DNA of 57,981 bases from a virus, in the IMG/VR virus record IMGVR_UViG_3300019926_000104, positions 1-57,981 of that record. One strand, written 5' to 3'. Position numbers and translations under genes: made by a program. This document shows positions 1 through 9,234 of the stretch, in pieces; positions within the stretch are counted from its first letter, which is position 1; each line of letters begins with the position of its first letter. The notes below the pieces were generated by a model. The model saw nothing but the letters and a program-made list of their open reading frames with translations. It was not told the DNA's origin and ran no database searches.

Positions 1-99
1 AGATTGGGGAGCCGTTCGCCCACCGACTCTCCCAAGAGTTCCAAGGCAAGCTACAAGGCTACGAATCCGACCTACAGGACCGCGCCGATACGGGAGGTA
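1..99 (+). repeat. Terminal overlap copy 1 (identical to 57883..57981)
   Basis: Base-by-base identity read directly from both window ends. Confidence 0.95.
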
Positions 100-113
100 A
101 CTCGGAACGATGA
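1..113 (+). CDS. 3' end of the wrap-around ORF that starts at 57588; hypothetical acidic protein (about 135 aa in total)
   Basis: The frame of the 57588 ORF is preserved through the overlap. It stops at TGA 111..113, in an ATGA overlap with the ATG at 110. Confidence 0.6.
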   Translation, partial: IGEPFAHRLSQEFQGKLQGYESDLQDRADTGGNSER

Positions 114-505
114 GTGAAAGCGACCGTCTGTTCGTCCCGTTGAACTCAGAACCGTGGTACGCCTTCGAGAGTGACGAGAAGCGGGCAGAGTTCCGCGGCG
201 TCAACGACCAATACAACCGTGACACAGTCTTCGAAGGACGAACTGTTGAACTCCGGCGCGGCTACTCGACTGACGATTCACTCTGGGGAACTATCTCCGA
301 AGTGCAGGTCGGGGACGACCTCGGCGCAATGGTGCAGGAGTGGGGTGACGAACTCCTGTATGGCGACAGGCATCTCGGCGAAGTTGCTGCGTCGGCGAAC
401 GAGCTGGTCGGCGACTACGACATGTACATCGTATTCGGCGTGGATTTGGACACTACCGAGACTGCCCCTTCGCGGACGGATTCGGGAGGAGACGACAGTG
501 AGTAA
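110..505 (+). CDS. Hypothetical acidic protein, possibly ASCH/PUA-like
   Basis: 131-aa ORF, acidic, coupled to both neighbours. Only weak resemblance to the ASCH pattern (KRAEFRG ... TVELRRGYS). Confidence 0.6.
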   Translation: MSESDRLFVPLNSEPWYAFESDEKRAEFRGVNDQYNRDTVFEGRTVELRRGYSTDDSLWGTISEVQVGDDLGAMVQEWGDELLYGDRHLGEVAASANELVGDYDMYIVFGVDLDTTETAPSRTDSGGDDSE

Positions 506-716
506 GCCGGAAGCGGTGTTCCCGATGGAGATAGAGCGTGGCGACCGCGTGGGGCGCTGTCCGGAGTGTGGCCCTGTCGTCCGCGACGACGTAGACATGA
601 CCGGCGTCATCGCCGTCTGTGGCATCTGCGGAGACACGCTGGACAAGTACACTATCGCGTCACACGACACACGTCTCACGCAAGCCGGTTTTGACCCAAG
701 CCGGAGGGAATCGTAA
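498..716 (+). CDS. Small zinc-ribbon protein
   Basis: CPECG ... CGICG pairs. GTG 498 overlaps the upstream stop; alternative ATG at 525. Confidence 0.55.
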   Translation: MSKPEAVFPMEIERGDRVGRCPECGPVVRDDVDMTGVIAVCGICGDTLDKYTIASHDTRLTQAGFDPSRRES

Positions 717-1255
717 TGCTACACGTCGACCTGTGCTGTGGGCTCGGCGGCTGGTCCCAGCCGTTCAGGGACGCCGACCGGTGGCGGTCGGTCGGCCTGG
801 ATATTCGTAGCGACCTGAACGCCGACGTCGTGGCCGATGTCCAGGCACTTCCGCTGGACTGTTCGCCCGATCTCCTGACGATGTCACCGCCATGCACGAA
901 CTTCTCCCGCTATTCAATGCCGTGGCTGGACGAACCTGAGCCGGACATGTCGCTCGTTCGTGCGTGCCTGGACGCCGTCGACGAACTGGACCCGGACCAC
1001 TGGGTCATGGAAAACGTGCGCGGCCTCAAACAGTACTGGGGCCGTGAGGAACAGAAGCGCGTCGGCCCGTACTATCTCTGGGGCGACTTCCCGGCCTTCG
1101 ATGTCGTGGTATCGGACGGTGGGAAGATGCAAATCTCAGGGGAGAACCCAGAACAGCGAGCACAGATTCCATACGGACTCGGGGACTCGCTACGGCGGTC
1201 TGTCGAGTGGTCCGGAACTGTCGGAACGTCGGGCGAAAATGTGGAGGAACCATGA
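716..1255 (+). CDS. Short DNA (cytosine-5) methyltransferase-like protein
   Basis: Motif I DLCCGLGGW, motif IV SPPCTNFS, motif VI MENVRGL. At 179 aa no obvious target-recognition domain is visible. Confidence 0.7.
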   Translation: MLHVDLCCGLGGWSQPFRDADRWRSVGLDIRSDLNADVVADVQALPLDCSPDLLTMSPPCTNFSRYSMPWLDEPEPDMSLVRACLDAVDELDPDHWVMENVRGLKQYWGREEQKRVGPYYLWGDFPAFDVVVSDGGKMQISGENPEQRAQIPYGLGDSLRRSVEWSGTVGTSGENVEEP

Positions 1256-1683
1256 CCTCTGGAGAAATCAAAACCGGCAAGAGAATCATGTCGTCACCGC
1301 TCACGGGCCAGCTGTACCTCGTGACGCGGTGGGAAGACCTGGGCGACGGGAAGTTCAAGTCACTGGAAAAAGAGAAGCTTCGAGACCCACCACTCGGCTA
1401 CACACTGCCCGGCATCGAGGGCATGACGTTCCGACCGCGTGGTCCGCTCGGAGACGAGCCAGCAGACGCGCCTGTGACGGCTGCCATCGGATTCTGTCCG
1501 CGGTGTGGGGAGAACGCCCGACTAACCACGGAAGTTCGAGGGACGTTCAACTGCCCCGGTTGTAGCTATCAGTGGCACGACTCCAGAGTAGGCGAGCAGA
1601 CTCGGATGATTGAGGACTATTTCACCACCGCCGATTCCAGCCCTGAACTGGATGAAAATGTGAATGGTGGTAGTAATGACTGA
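1252..1683 (+). CDS. Zinc-ribbon protein
   Basis: ATGA overlap with the upstream stop; CPRCG ... CPGC. Confidence 0.6.
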   Translation: MTSGEIKTGKRIMSSPLTGQLYLVTRWEDLGDGKFKSLEKEKLRDPPLGYTLPGIEGMTFRPRGPLGDEPADAPVTAAIGFCPRCGENARLTTEVRGTFNCPGCSYQWHDSRVGEQTRMIEDYFTTADSSPELDENVNGGSND

Positions 1684-1894
1684 GTGTGACACCTGCGGCG
1701 AGGAGCCGCGTAGGCATCCAGAAACGGGCGCTGTGGTTGGGGCCGTCAGCGTGTACGTCGGTGATGGCGAGTCGTACTGGTTTTGCTCGGACAACTGCTA
1801 CGAATCCCACTGGATAAGCAACGATGTAGATACCCAACAGCAGCGTCTACACGACGTGACCGATAACAACAGTAAGACGGAGGGTTCTGAATAA
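1676..1894 (+). CDS. Small Cys-rich protein
   Basis: CDTCG ... CSDNC; start overlaps the upstream stop. Confidence 0.55.
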   Translation: MTECDTCGEEPRRHPETGAVVGAVSVYVGDGESYWFCSDNCYESHWISNDVDTQQQRLHDVTDNNSKTEGSE

Positions 1895-2067
1895 TGGGCT
1901 TCAACGGAGAAAAATGGTGGTCGTGTCCGAATTGCGGTTCACAGACAAAAGTAGACATTGACGAACAAACTCGCAGCTGCGAGGAATGCGAGTGGTCGGT
2001 CACGATCCCGCACGCCGATTCCCTCGCAGGAGCGGAAGGAAACGGAGGAGACAATGGCGACAACTGA
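1894..2067 (+). CDS. Small zinc-ribbon protein (57 aa)
   Basis: CPNCG ... CEEC. The ATG shares one base with the upstream TAA. Below the ORF-track size cut-off. Confidence 0.45.
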   Translation: MGFNGEKWWSCPNCGSQTKVDIDEQTRSCEECEWSVTIPHADSLAGAEGNGGDNGDN

Positions 2068-2443
2068 CGACGACTGTCCCCGATGTGGGCTCCGGCTTGA
2101 GGAGTCACCAGCTGCCGATGCATCGGTAGAGTGTGAACGGTGCGGGTTCTACGTCTACGAACACGCGGAGGTAGACCTGCCGCCGATGTGGCGCGAAGAA
2201 CCGCAACTGGCTGACCGGCTGGGGCTGTCACGACTGTTCGCACATCTCGACGGGCCGGGTTTCATCGGCGTCCGTGGAGATACTGTCGAGTTGGTCCGCG
2301 CCGACCTGAAGGCAGGCGAAGATGCCGACCCCGAAAAATGCGATATTATCGGCAGAGAGGAGCGAGCAGAGCGTATTAGGGAACTTGCACAGACCTACAA
2401 CGAGGAACGCGCCGGTTCTGGCGATAACTCGGGGGAAATGTAG
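2054..2443 (+). CDS. Zinc-ribbon protein
   Basis: CPRCG ... CERCG; acidic C-terminal half. Confidence 0.55.
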   Translation: MATTDDDCPRCGLRLEESPAADASVECERCGFYVYEHAEVDLPPMWREEPQLADRLGLSRLFAHLDGPGFIGVRGDTVELVRADLKAGEDADPEKCDIIGREERAERIRELAQTYNEERAGSGDNSGEM

Positions 2444-2444
2444 A

Positions 2445-2552
2445 ATGGTCGCTTGTGACTCTTGCGGGGAAGTGAGAGAAATAGACCAGATAGTAAACGC
2501 ATACGACGAGACAGAATACTACTGTCCCGACTGTTCCGAAAACGACGAATAA
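2445..2552 (+). CDS. Zinc-ribbon microprotein (35 aa)
   Basis: CDSCG ... CPDC; starts 2 nt after the upstream stop. Confidence 0.4.
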   Translation: MVACDSCGEVREIDQIVNAYDETEYYCPDCSENDE

Positions 2553-2605
2553 GCGGTTTCTTTTGTAATCTGCTGCGAGAAATCAGCGGTCAGTCTGGCT
2601 CACTA

Positions 2606-4132
2606 TTACCCGAACAGTCGGGCCAAATCGACCGTGGTGCCGCTATCGGTGGTGTCGCCCACTCGTGTCGATTCGTAGCCGCGGGCGGAGCCCTCTACGA
2701 TATGGGTCGCACTTTCCCAGTTGCCGTTTACCTCCTCTAATTCGACCGCGGGGTCCATGTATCGGTTTGCGTCGCTGTGCTGGATCGTCACGTCGATGTT
2801 TAGCTGCCCGATCGGGGCGTCGGCGTCGGTGATCCAAACCGCACGCCGCGGGTTCGCACTGTCAGCCGTGCCGCTGTCGTTGATGGCAACACTTCCGCAG
2901 ATTACGTCACCGCCGCGGATTTCAACAGGGTTAGAACAATGCTCGAAGCTGGCATTATCCATCATCACGACGCCGGGCTGTGAATTGGTCTCCACGATGA
3001 ATCCCCTCGTCCCGTTACCAGAGGTACCCGTGACGGCCCCGCGGAAGATAATGGTCGGGCCACTTACCAACGCGGATGCTCGGAATTGGTCGCCCGTGCC
3101 GGCATCGCGGGAGGTTGCCCGAATGTCCGCCACGGCATCGGAACTGTTCATCTGGAGGAAAACCGGGTACTTCCCAAATTTCTGCCAGTCGCCGTCAACA
3201 ATGGCGGTCCCGTTTAGGACGGGTTTGAAACCATTGAGGTACCCGTTCGTCGTTGTGCCGTCGGCTTCCCCGTCAGGTTGTCCGATGAATCGGCATCCGG
3301 CACCGATATAGAGGTTCCCAAGATCGCCGTTTCCGGTGCTCCGCATGATGAAATACGGGTTCGTGTTCCGGCCGGTGATGGTGTTTCCTCTCCACGTCAC
3401 GTTTCTGGTTTTCAAGGCGCCTAACGGCGTCCTATTTTCGAGAAACGCTGTTTGTGATGACTGTTCGCTGATGTCGATGTTTTTTATCAGAACATTCTCA
3501 AACTCGATCTCTCCCCACTCGTCTACAGTCAGGAAGGCCAGCCCATTGTTCGATAGGTTGGCGAGGTCGAGGGTCAGATCCTTGTACTTTAGCGTAGCAG
3601 AGGGGGCGGCTCCACCCGTTACGAAGTACTGGGCGGCGTCGGTGAATTTCAGTATCGTCCGGTCTCGACCTTGTCCTTCGATTACGGTGGTTTCTGTTGG
3701 CCGGATAGCGTCGGCTCCTTGTGCAATCACCCCTTCCGCCAATTCCAACTTTTGCGGGCCGACACTGGCGTCGAAAGCGGCATTTAGAGTCTCGTCGGTA
3801 TGGACCTGCTGGGTGTTATTGATGGATCCTGTACTGACCGAATTGGCATCCATGCCTTCCGCGAACACATCCACACGATCACCGGGCAGGCCGACGTTTC
3901 CATCTGAATCAGAGGTGTCAGCCGCCGCGCGTGCCTCTCCGATGATTTGGTCTACCGAATAGCCACCAGCCGTAGCCCCAGCACCAAGGGCCACAGCGAC
4001 TTGTAGGACTTGTCGCCGTGTCATACCGCCCTTTTCGGCTATGTCTGCTATGTCCCCGTTGTCCACAAGGTCCACAATCTGTTGCTGTTTCTCACTCGAA
4101 AGAGACAGCAATGGGTTCTCTGCGTTTGCCAT
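2606..4132 (-). CDS. Secreted right-handed beta-helix (pectin-lyase-fold-like) protein with a twin-arginine signal; candidate receptor-binding or depolymerase protein
   Basis: MTRRQVLQVAVALGAGATAGG looks like a Tat motif plus h-region (alternative start 4024). Gly/Asn/Thr-rich periodic beta-strand repeats follow. Confidence 0.6.
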   Translation of the reverse strand: MANAENPLLSLSSEKQQQIVDLVDNGDIADIAEKGGMTRRQVLQVAVALGAGATAGGYSVDQIIGEARAAADTSDSDGNVGLPGDRVDVFAEGMDANSVSTGSINNTQQVHTDETLNAAFDASVGPQKLELAEGVIAQGADAIRPTETTVIEGQGRDRTILKFTDAAQYFVTGGAAPSATLKYKDLTLDLANLSNNGLAFLTVDEWGEIEFENVLIKNIDISEQSSQTAFLENRTPLGALKTRNVTWRGNTITGRNTNPYFIMRSTGNGDLGNLYIGAGCRFIGQPDGEADGTTTNGYLNGFKPVLNGTAIVDGDWQKFGKYPVFLQMNSSDAVADIRATSRDAGTGDQFRASALVSGPTIIFRGAVTGTSGNGTRGFIVETNSQPGVVMMDNASFEHCSNPVEIRGGDVICGSVAINDSGTADSANPRRAVWITDADAPIGQLNIDVTIQHSDANRYMDPAVELEEVNGNWESATHIVEGSARGYESTRVGDTTDSGTTVDLARLFG

Positions 4133-4174
4133 ACGTCATAATGCTGTGCAAATGCTATAAAATCTTGTGTTGGC

Positions 4175-4447
4175 CTATCCTGGCCGAACCGCCGTGTTAA
4201 GCTGCCTCTTGTATTCTCTGACCAGCAAATATGCGAATGAGAATCCCAGAACGAGCAGCGGAACCCAAATAGCAAGGATTTGGAACCATAGATCGGCCCT
4301 TGCCGCACCATTCATTATCTCTGTTCCATCGGAGGCGAGCACATGCAGTGGGCTTTCCGGTGCAAATAGTTCCACAGCCATCCGATGGATTAACGCAGCG
4401 ATTATCATCAGCACCCCGACTAGCGTTATGTCAAATATTCTCGTCAT
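4175..4447 (-). CDS. Small membrane protein (2 TM)
   Basis: Two hydrophobic helices; packed in the minus-strand operon. Confidence 0.6.
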   Translation of the reverse strand: MTRIFDITLVGVLMIIAALIHRMAVELFAPESPLHVLASDGTEIMNGAARADLWFQILAIWVPLLVLGFSFAYLLVREYKRQLNTAVRPG

Positions 4448-4448
4448 C

Positions 4449-4709
4449 TTAGTTCACCTGCCGTGTGATTATTGCAACCAATATTATCCCAAAAAATGAG
4501 ACGATAAGTATCCATAAGGGGAAATATTCGATACCTTGCTGAATCCATGTTGTCGCTTGATTGGCTTTTTCGTGGTCTGTGCTTTCCTTCGCACCGGGCA
4601 GAATCTTACCTGAGATTTCCCACACAATCCACACAACGGGCGCTCCGGCGATTAGGCTAAGAATGAACCGAGCAAGTCCAACAGACTGTGCCCTAGTGTC
4701 CTGTAACAT
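4449..4709 (-). CDS. Small membrane protein (2 TM)
   Basis: Two hydrophobic helices; 1-nt spacing to the next gene. Confidence 0.6.
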   Translation of the reverse strand: MLQDTRAQSVGLARFILSLIAGAPVVWIVWEISGKILPGAKESTDHEKANQATTWIQQGIEYFPLWILIVSFFGIILVAIITRQVN

Positions 4710-4893
4710 GCTCTAACCTATTGCGGCCAGCACAATATAGTTTGGTTCCTGCATAGGTTAGGAAGTACAGGGAACCGAAGGTAGCGATTGTGAGGGTTGT
4801 CCAGTACACCGCGCCACCAGTCGACGGAGTGCTGGCTAATGCGGATATGCCCAGGAGTAGTACTAGCGCATGATGCTTGGTTGTAAGCGTCAT
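4693..4893 (-). CDS. Small membrane protein (2 TM)
   Basis: Two hydrophobic helices. Confidence 0.55.
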   Translation of the reverse strand: MTLTTKHHALVLLLGISALASTPSTGGAVYWTTLTIATFGSLYFLTYAGTKLYCAGRNRLEHVTGH

Positions 4894-4902
4894 AGTTACC
4901 TA

Positions 4903-7900
4903 TTATTCCTCATTTGTATTGAATCGTTCCCCTGTGAGCGGGTTCAAGAACTGTGTGACAACCTCTTCTGATGCACCTTGGACGTTACTGGTTTGATCGT
5001 CCTGTTCTTCATCTTCATTTTCATCATCCCTGCGAACCCTGCGATTGGGTGTGTTGGGATTGAAAGGAACGCCTGGGCTACCCGGACTGCCCGGAGAACC
5101 GATACTACTGGGGCTTCCGGGCGAACCGGGGCTACCTGTTGATGAACCGCCGCTTGGTGAACCAGAACCACCGGGTGAGCCGGGGCTTCCGACAGTGCTT
5201 TCATCAAAGGAACTGCCACCACCGAAGCCGCCGCTTGGCGACAGAACAGACGAAATACCGGGGCTACCACCAGATGGGCTTGAGACACTTCCACCACTGC
5301 TGGGGTCGCGCTCTGTCCCACTAGCCGCGCCACTACCAGAGAATCCAAACGTTGGCAGTGGCCGATCAACGGGCTGGCTTGGGCCGTCTCGACGTGACGA
5401 CCGGCCCGCGCCCGCTCGACGTGCGTTTGCATCACCGTCAACAGTCACGCTGGTATCGGCGTCTGCATCAGCATCTCCCCTTCGGGAACCTGCCACGTCT
5501 GCCCGTTCGTCGTCGGCAAATTCCTCAAGGTTGTTTCGCACCTTGTCGGTTCTACTGTCGTCGATGCGCGACTTTGGAGCGGCTGGACGGACAGGCACAC
5601 GCCGACCGCCAACCTCAATGCGGAAATCAGACCCAATGCCCAACTTCCGAGCCGTCTCACCGATGAACCCGCGCCCGCCAATATCGGAGAACTCACTTCC
5701 GGGCGGGGCAACGGCTTCTATCTCCCCGGTGTTCACTTCACTGCGTGGCTTAGTGCGGGCAGTGTCCATATCATCGGTGTCCTGTAGTTCCTCGTCTAGT
5801 TCCTTGTTCGTCCTGGCATCCGGGTTTTCAACGTCCGTTTTGACAGTCTGGACAGTCGGCTTACTCCCCGTGTCCGGTAGCCCTGGACGGAGGGAGAACT
5901 TGGCACTACGTGACTGAATACGGAGGAAGTTAGGCGACACTTCCGGCCCAAGGAAGTTGCCCTGTAGCTCGAACTCTCCGGCAAGGTCTGAATCTGCATC
6001 CGGGCTACTGATACCCTGTGCTGCACGCCCTCTACCCGGCCCCTGTGGTTCTTGGTCTAACGCCTTCTTGAGTACAACACCCTCTTCAACACCTTGTTCC
6101 TGAAACCGCTGCTCCAATTCATCGGGTGTGTTATCATCGGCCTGTTCCCTCACTGCTTGCGCGGGATCGTCTTTGAACTGTTCGGGGTCGTCTGCACCGG
6201 GGAACCGTTCACCTTCGGCCCCGTCCGTTTCTTGAAACTTCTTCACGTCTTCGGACATAACTTCATCTGTAATGTCCGTAGACCCTGCCGTTCGCACCCT
6301 GTCTTTGGTTGCTCTTGATGCACTTCCGGCGGCCCTACCAGCAGCAGAGCCAATAAGTACTTCTGCCCCTATTTGTGTGCCTGCATAGATTGGGCGTTCT
6401 CGAAACTGGTTGACTTGGCTTCGCGTGGTGCTTGTGACAGTGTTACCGACTGTTCCGGCAGTGTCAACAACTCCGAACTCTCCAACCGTCTCAGGCGTGT
6501 TTTGGGCGGCTTCGACGGCTGTATCTGCTAACAGGGTTGCCCCTGCTGTTGCTCCGGCTAACGTTCCCGGCAGGTCGCCAAGCGCCCGCCCAACAGTAGC
6601 GCCCGTTTCTGATCCTGTCTGTTCTCTCACGAACCCGCCAACTTCTTCACCCACTCCAAAGAACTCTTGGCGCTGTTCTATGTCCTGTCTAATCTGTCTC
6701 TCTTCACTGTCGCTCGCTATCCCGGCCTGTTCGCCTTGGGTTAGACTATCCTGTATTTCTTGGTTGGGGTCGTTTAGCCCGACTAGGCCTTGCCCGACAG
6801 AGCCAAAGGTAACAGTCTGCCCAAACACGTCTTCCGTAACTGTCCCGTCCGGGTTTCTGGTTATCTCTTCACTGGTAGTACCTCCGCTTGCTCTTGTAGG
6901 CGCTGTGCTCGTTCTCTGGCGGCTTGGTCCGTTGGGCGTGCCCTGGAAGGTCTGTGCTCTGCGCTGTTGTTCACGCGCCGTACTACGCACGTTCTGGCTA
7001 ACTTCTACGTTCCCGTCCGAATCAACCGAAACATCTTCACCAGTGAAGGATGTGTTTAGTTCTCGCTCTAACTGTCTTTCAACGTTCTCTTGCTGTTGTC
7101 GCTCCGCAATATTTCCGACCCTCTCACGGCCAACAGGCGAGAGTTCAACACGCAGTTCATCACCTTCACGAGTAACCTGTAGGTCTTCTTTGCGAAACTC
7201 TGCCCCTGTCGTCTTGAGTCCACTAACGGCGTCCGTGACCTTGGTGCCTGCAACGTCACTCTCAAGACCTTGTGCCTGTTCTTTGACTAACTCACTCTGT
7301 GCAACATCTTCAAGTTCCCCGGTCTTGGTGGCATCAATATCTTCGGTAGAGTCGTTGGTTGGAGCGTCTGTCTCTGCATCGGGCATGGCGGCTTCCGACC
7401 CTTCAACACCACTAGGTCCAATGCCAGACCCGCTCTGTCGAGTAGGCCCGCTTCCAGTAGAGCCGTCTAACATCTGCTCTTGTTCTTGAGTCGGTTCGGG
7501 CGTGCTATCGCTATCATCGTCGCTTGAACTACTGGAACCGCCGCTTAGATTGTTCGGAACAGAACTACCGGGCCTTGTCCCACCGTCGTCGTCTGAATCG
7601 TCGTCTGAATCGTCGTCTGAATCGTCCGAACTACTGGAACCACCAGATGAACCACTATCAGAGTCGCTATCGTCAAACGGGTTATCGCTATCAAGCGAGG
7701 GTTCATCGGGTAGGTCTGCATCACCTCCGCCGCCTAATGGGTCGCTTGACGTACTGCCCGTAGAGCCGTCTAACAGTTGCTCTTGTTCTTGAGTCGGTTC
7801 GGGCGTGCTATCGCTATCATCGTCGTCTGACCCACCGCTGAGGTTGTTGGGAACACTACTCCCCGGTCTTGTTCCACCATCGTCGTCATCGTCATCCGAT

Positions 7901-7980
7901 GAACTGCTACTATCTCGGTCGTCATTCGTCGGCCCGTCATAGGACCCTCCAGTGAAAGTCGTGCCATCCCAGTCAACCAT
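4903..7980 (-). CDS. 1025-aa highly acidic, Ser/Asp/Gly/Pro-rich, largely disordered protein (structural candidate)
   Basis: Longest ORF in the window. Internal duplication near the N-terminus and SPG-type repeats near the C-terminus. The opposite-strand ORFs here are shadows. Confidence 0.8.
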   Translation of the reverse strand: MVDWDGTTFTGGSYDGPTNDDRDSSSSSDDDDDDGGTRPGSSVPNNLSGGSDDDDSDSTPEPTQEQEQLLDGSTGSTSSDPLGGGGDADLPDEPSLDSDNPFDDSDSDSGSSGGSSSSDDSDDDSDDDSDDDGGTRPGSSVPNNLSGGSSSSSDDDSDSTPEPTQEQEQMLDGSTGSGPTRQSGSGIGPSGVEGSEAAMPDAETDAPTNDSTEDIDATKTGELEDVAQSELVKEQAQGLESDVAGTKVTDAVSGLKTTGAEFRKEDLQVTREGDELRVELSPVGRERVGNIAERQQQENVERQLERELNTSFTGEDVSVDSDGNVEVSQNVRSTAREQQRRAQTFQGTPNGPSRQRTSTAPTRASGGTTSEEITRNPDGTVTEDVFGQTVTFGSVGQGLVGLNDPNQEIQDSLTQGEQAGIASDSEERQIRQDIEQRQEFFGVGEEVGGFVREQTGSETGATVGRALGDLPGTLAGATAGATLLADTAVEAAQNTPETVGEFGVVDTAGTVGNTVTSTTRSQVNQFRERPIYAGTQIGAEVLIGSAAGRAAGSASRATKDRVRTAGSTDITDEVMSEDVKKFQETDGAEGERFPGADDPEQFKDDPAQAVREQADDNTPDELEQRFQEQGVEEGVVLKKALDQEPQGPGRGRAAQGISSPDADSDLAGEFELQGNFLGPEVSPNFLRIQSRSAKFSLRPGLPDTGSKPTVQTVKTDVENPDARTNKELDEELQDTDDMDTARTKPRSEVNTGEIEAVAPPGSEFSDIGGRGFIGETARKLGIGSDFRIEVGGRRVPVRPAAPKSRIDDSRTDKVRNNLEEFADDERADVAGSRRGDADADADTSVTVDGDANARRAGAGRSSRRDGPSQPVDRPLPTFGFSGSGAASGTERDPSSGGSVSSPSGGSPGISSVLSPSGGFGGGSSFDESTVGSPGSPGGSGSPSGGSSTGSPGSPGSPSSIGSPGSPGSPGVPFNPNTPNRRVRRDDENEDEEQDDQTSNVQGASEEVVTQFLNPLTGERFNTNEE
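7458..7825 (-). repeat. Intragenic duplication in the 1025-aa gene (66-nt near-identical cores at 7458..7523 and 7760..7825)
   Basis: The cores differ at 2 positions. At protein level GGTRPGSSVPNNLSGG...STPEPTQEQEQ(L/M)LDGSTGS occurs twice. Confidence 0.8.
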
Positions 7981-8084
7981 TAATCATCGCCTCCTTGTCC
8001 ACTGCCCGACGACCCGCTATCACTGTCGCTACTTGCTTCATCAAAACTTGAGGGGTAGCTAATCCCGCCTTTTTCGTAGGCCAT
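7980..8084 (-). CDS. Acidic microprotein (34 aa), first gene of the minus-strand operon
   Basis: TAATG overlap with the 4903..7980 start; TATA-like atcttttt about 30 nt upstream of the ATG. Confidence 0.35.
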   Translation of the reverse strand: MAYEKGGISYPSSFDEASSDSDSGSSGSGQGGDD

Positions 8085-8125
8085 ACTGTGCTATTCACCA
8101 CACAGTGACAAAAAGATTTGTTCGC

Positions 8126-8464
8126 TCAGAACTCTGGGCCGTCACTACCCGCAAACGGAAGTGAAACCTCGTTTATCTCGCCGCCTACGTCGTCAAAGAC
8201 AAACGGATCATCACCCTCTGTTGGACTCTCTATCTCTTGTGCGAAGGGGAGCACTATCCCGCTTGTCTGGAATAGCTCGGAGTCCTGTCGTTGCTGTTCT
8301 GCCTTGGCTTTGTAGGCTTCGACAACTTCCCGTTCATCGGCGCTTCTAAACGGGTTTGCTCCATCTGGACCGGGTGTTAGCTCCCCTTCGGTCCCCAGTG
8401 GGTCTTGGGTGAATCGAGTTTCGGTAATACCGGGCGTGGTTTGCATCAATGGTGGCAGGTCCAT
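8126..8464 (-). CDS. Hypothetical acidic protein
   Basis: Internal ATG at 8464 preceded by a TATA-like 'acttttac'. The longer upstream extension is Cys/Arg-rich and unlikely to be coding. Confidence 0.5.
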   Translation of the reverse strand: MDLPPLMQTTPGITETRFTQDPLGTEGELTPGPDGANPFRSADEREVVEAYKAKAEQQRQDSELFQTSGIVLPFAQEIESPTEGDDPFVFDDVGGEINEVSLPFAGSDGPEF

Positions 8465-8704
8465 ACTCGTATATGTGTCTCTTGTGGTGTAAAAGTATTC
8501 CAAAGGGTTCGGGAGTGGGCATACTCCCGTGACACAAGCAGGTTCTGACTGTCTGGGTCGGGCATTACACCCATGCAACGAAACCAACGATACGACAGCG
8601 CCCTATTCGGACGCACTTGATTACATGATAGATTGGTACTTAAAGCCTGTGCTGGATTCAACACAAACCTTTCAATACCGTGGTTCGTACACTGTACTGC
8701 GAAT

Positions 8705-8905
8705 ATGGACAAGTCTACTGCTGCTACTATCTCGGAGAACAACCACCGTCGCCATGCAAACAACGTGAATCAGGACAGGTGCAAGCAGTGTGGTTCCTTT
8801 GTCTCAAAACCACCGGCAGAACATGGGAGAGTAACGTATGTGTGTGATGCTTGCGACCGTGCAATCCTTGAATACGTCCCACAGAACAAGTCCGCTAAGT
8901 CCTAA
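8705..8905 (+). CDS. Small zinc-ribbon protein
   Basis: CKQCG ... CDAC. Confidence 0.4.
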   Translation: MDKSTAATISENNHRRHANNVNQDRCKQCGSFVSKPPAEHGRVTYVCDACDRAILEYVPQNKSAKS

Positions 8906-9234
8906 ATATCGTCCGTCGTTGGGTTCTTACTCCGTCGAATAATGTCCACCGGGCCGGTCAAAGCGATATACGCGGGAATCAGGGCCATAGCCACGCCAAA
9001 GTAGGTTACAGCGGGCATGGAATGGCTCACAATCGTTCCAGAGTCCGTTACGGTTTCGAGATTCAACGCGCCGTAACTCCAGATACCCCAACTAACGAAC
9101 CCAACAACCCCGGCGAAGATAGCCATTCCATCATCATTCGGGATCAACGCCGCGCCTTGGGTTTTCGTTAGGAGGGCTACGCCTGTGGTGAGAATACCGA
9201 CAACACCGATGAACAGCCATGCACTCTGTAGCAT
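8902..9234 (-). CDS. Membrane protein (about 4 TM)
   Basis: Hydrophobic segments; promoter-like region upstream. Confidence 0.6.
   Translation of the reverse strand: MLQSAWLFIGVVGILTTGVALLTKTQGAALIPNDDGMAIFAGVVGFVSWGIWSYGALNLETVTDSGTIVSHSMPAVTYFGVAMALIPAYIALTGPVDIIRRSKNPTTDDI

Noticed and set aside
1-99. The terminal repeat as a biological long terminal repeat or integration duplication
   Set aside because: An ORF reads seamlessly through it and the copies are identical, so an assembly overlap of a circular or permuted genome is the simpler explanation. A short true DTR cannot be excluded from sequence alone.
4024-4132. N-terminal 36 aa of the beta-helix protein as a helix-turn-helix (IADIAEKGGMTRRQV)
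   Set aside because: The RR motif is followed by a typical hydrophobic h-region and an Ala-rich cleavage region, which favours a Tat signal. Start-codon choice (4132 or 4024) remains unresolved.
5045-7792. Long plus-strand ORFs (5045..5917, 6410..7489, 7502..7792) opposite the 1025-aa gene
   Set aside because: They are mirror frames of a low-complexity Ser/Asp/Gly/Pro gene. Their products are Pro/Ser/Leu/Arg-rich rather than acidic, and they have no promoter or coupling context.
7440-7900. Periodic nucleotide repeats (also 5045..5330 and 14200..14560) as a CRISPR array or a diversity-generating retroelement target/template pair
   Set aside because: The repeats are in frame within coding low-complexity regions and lack unique spacers of constant length. 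No Cas or reverse-transcriptase gene is present.
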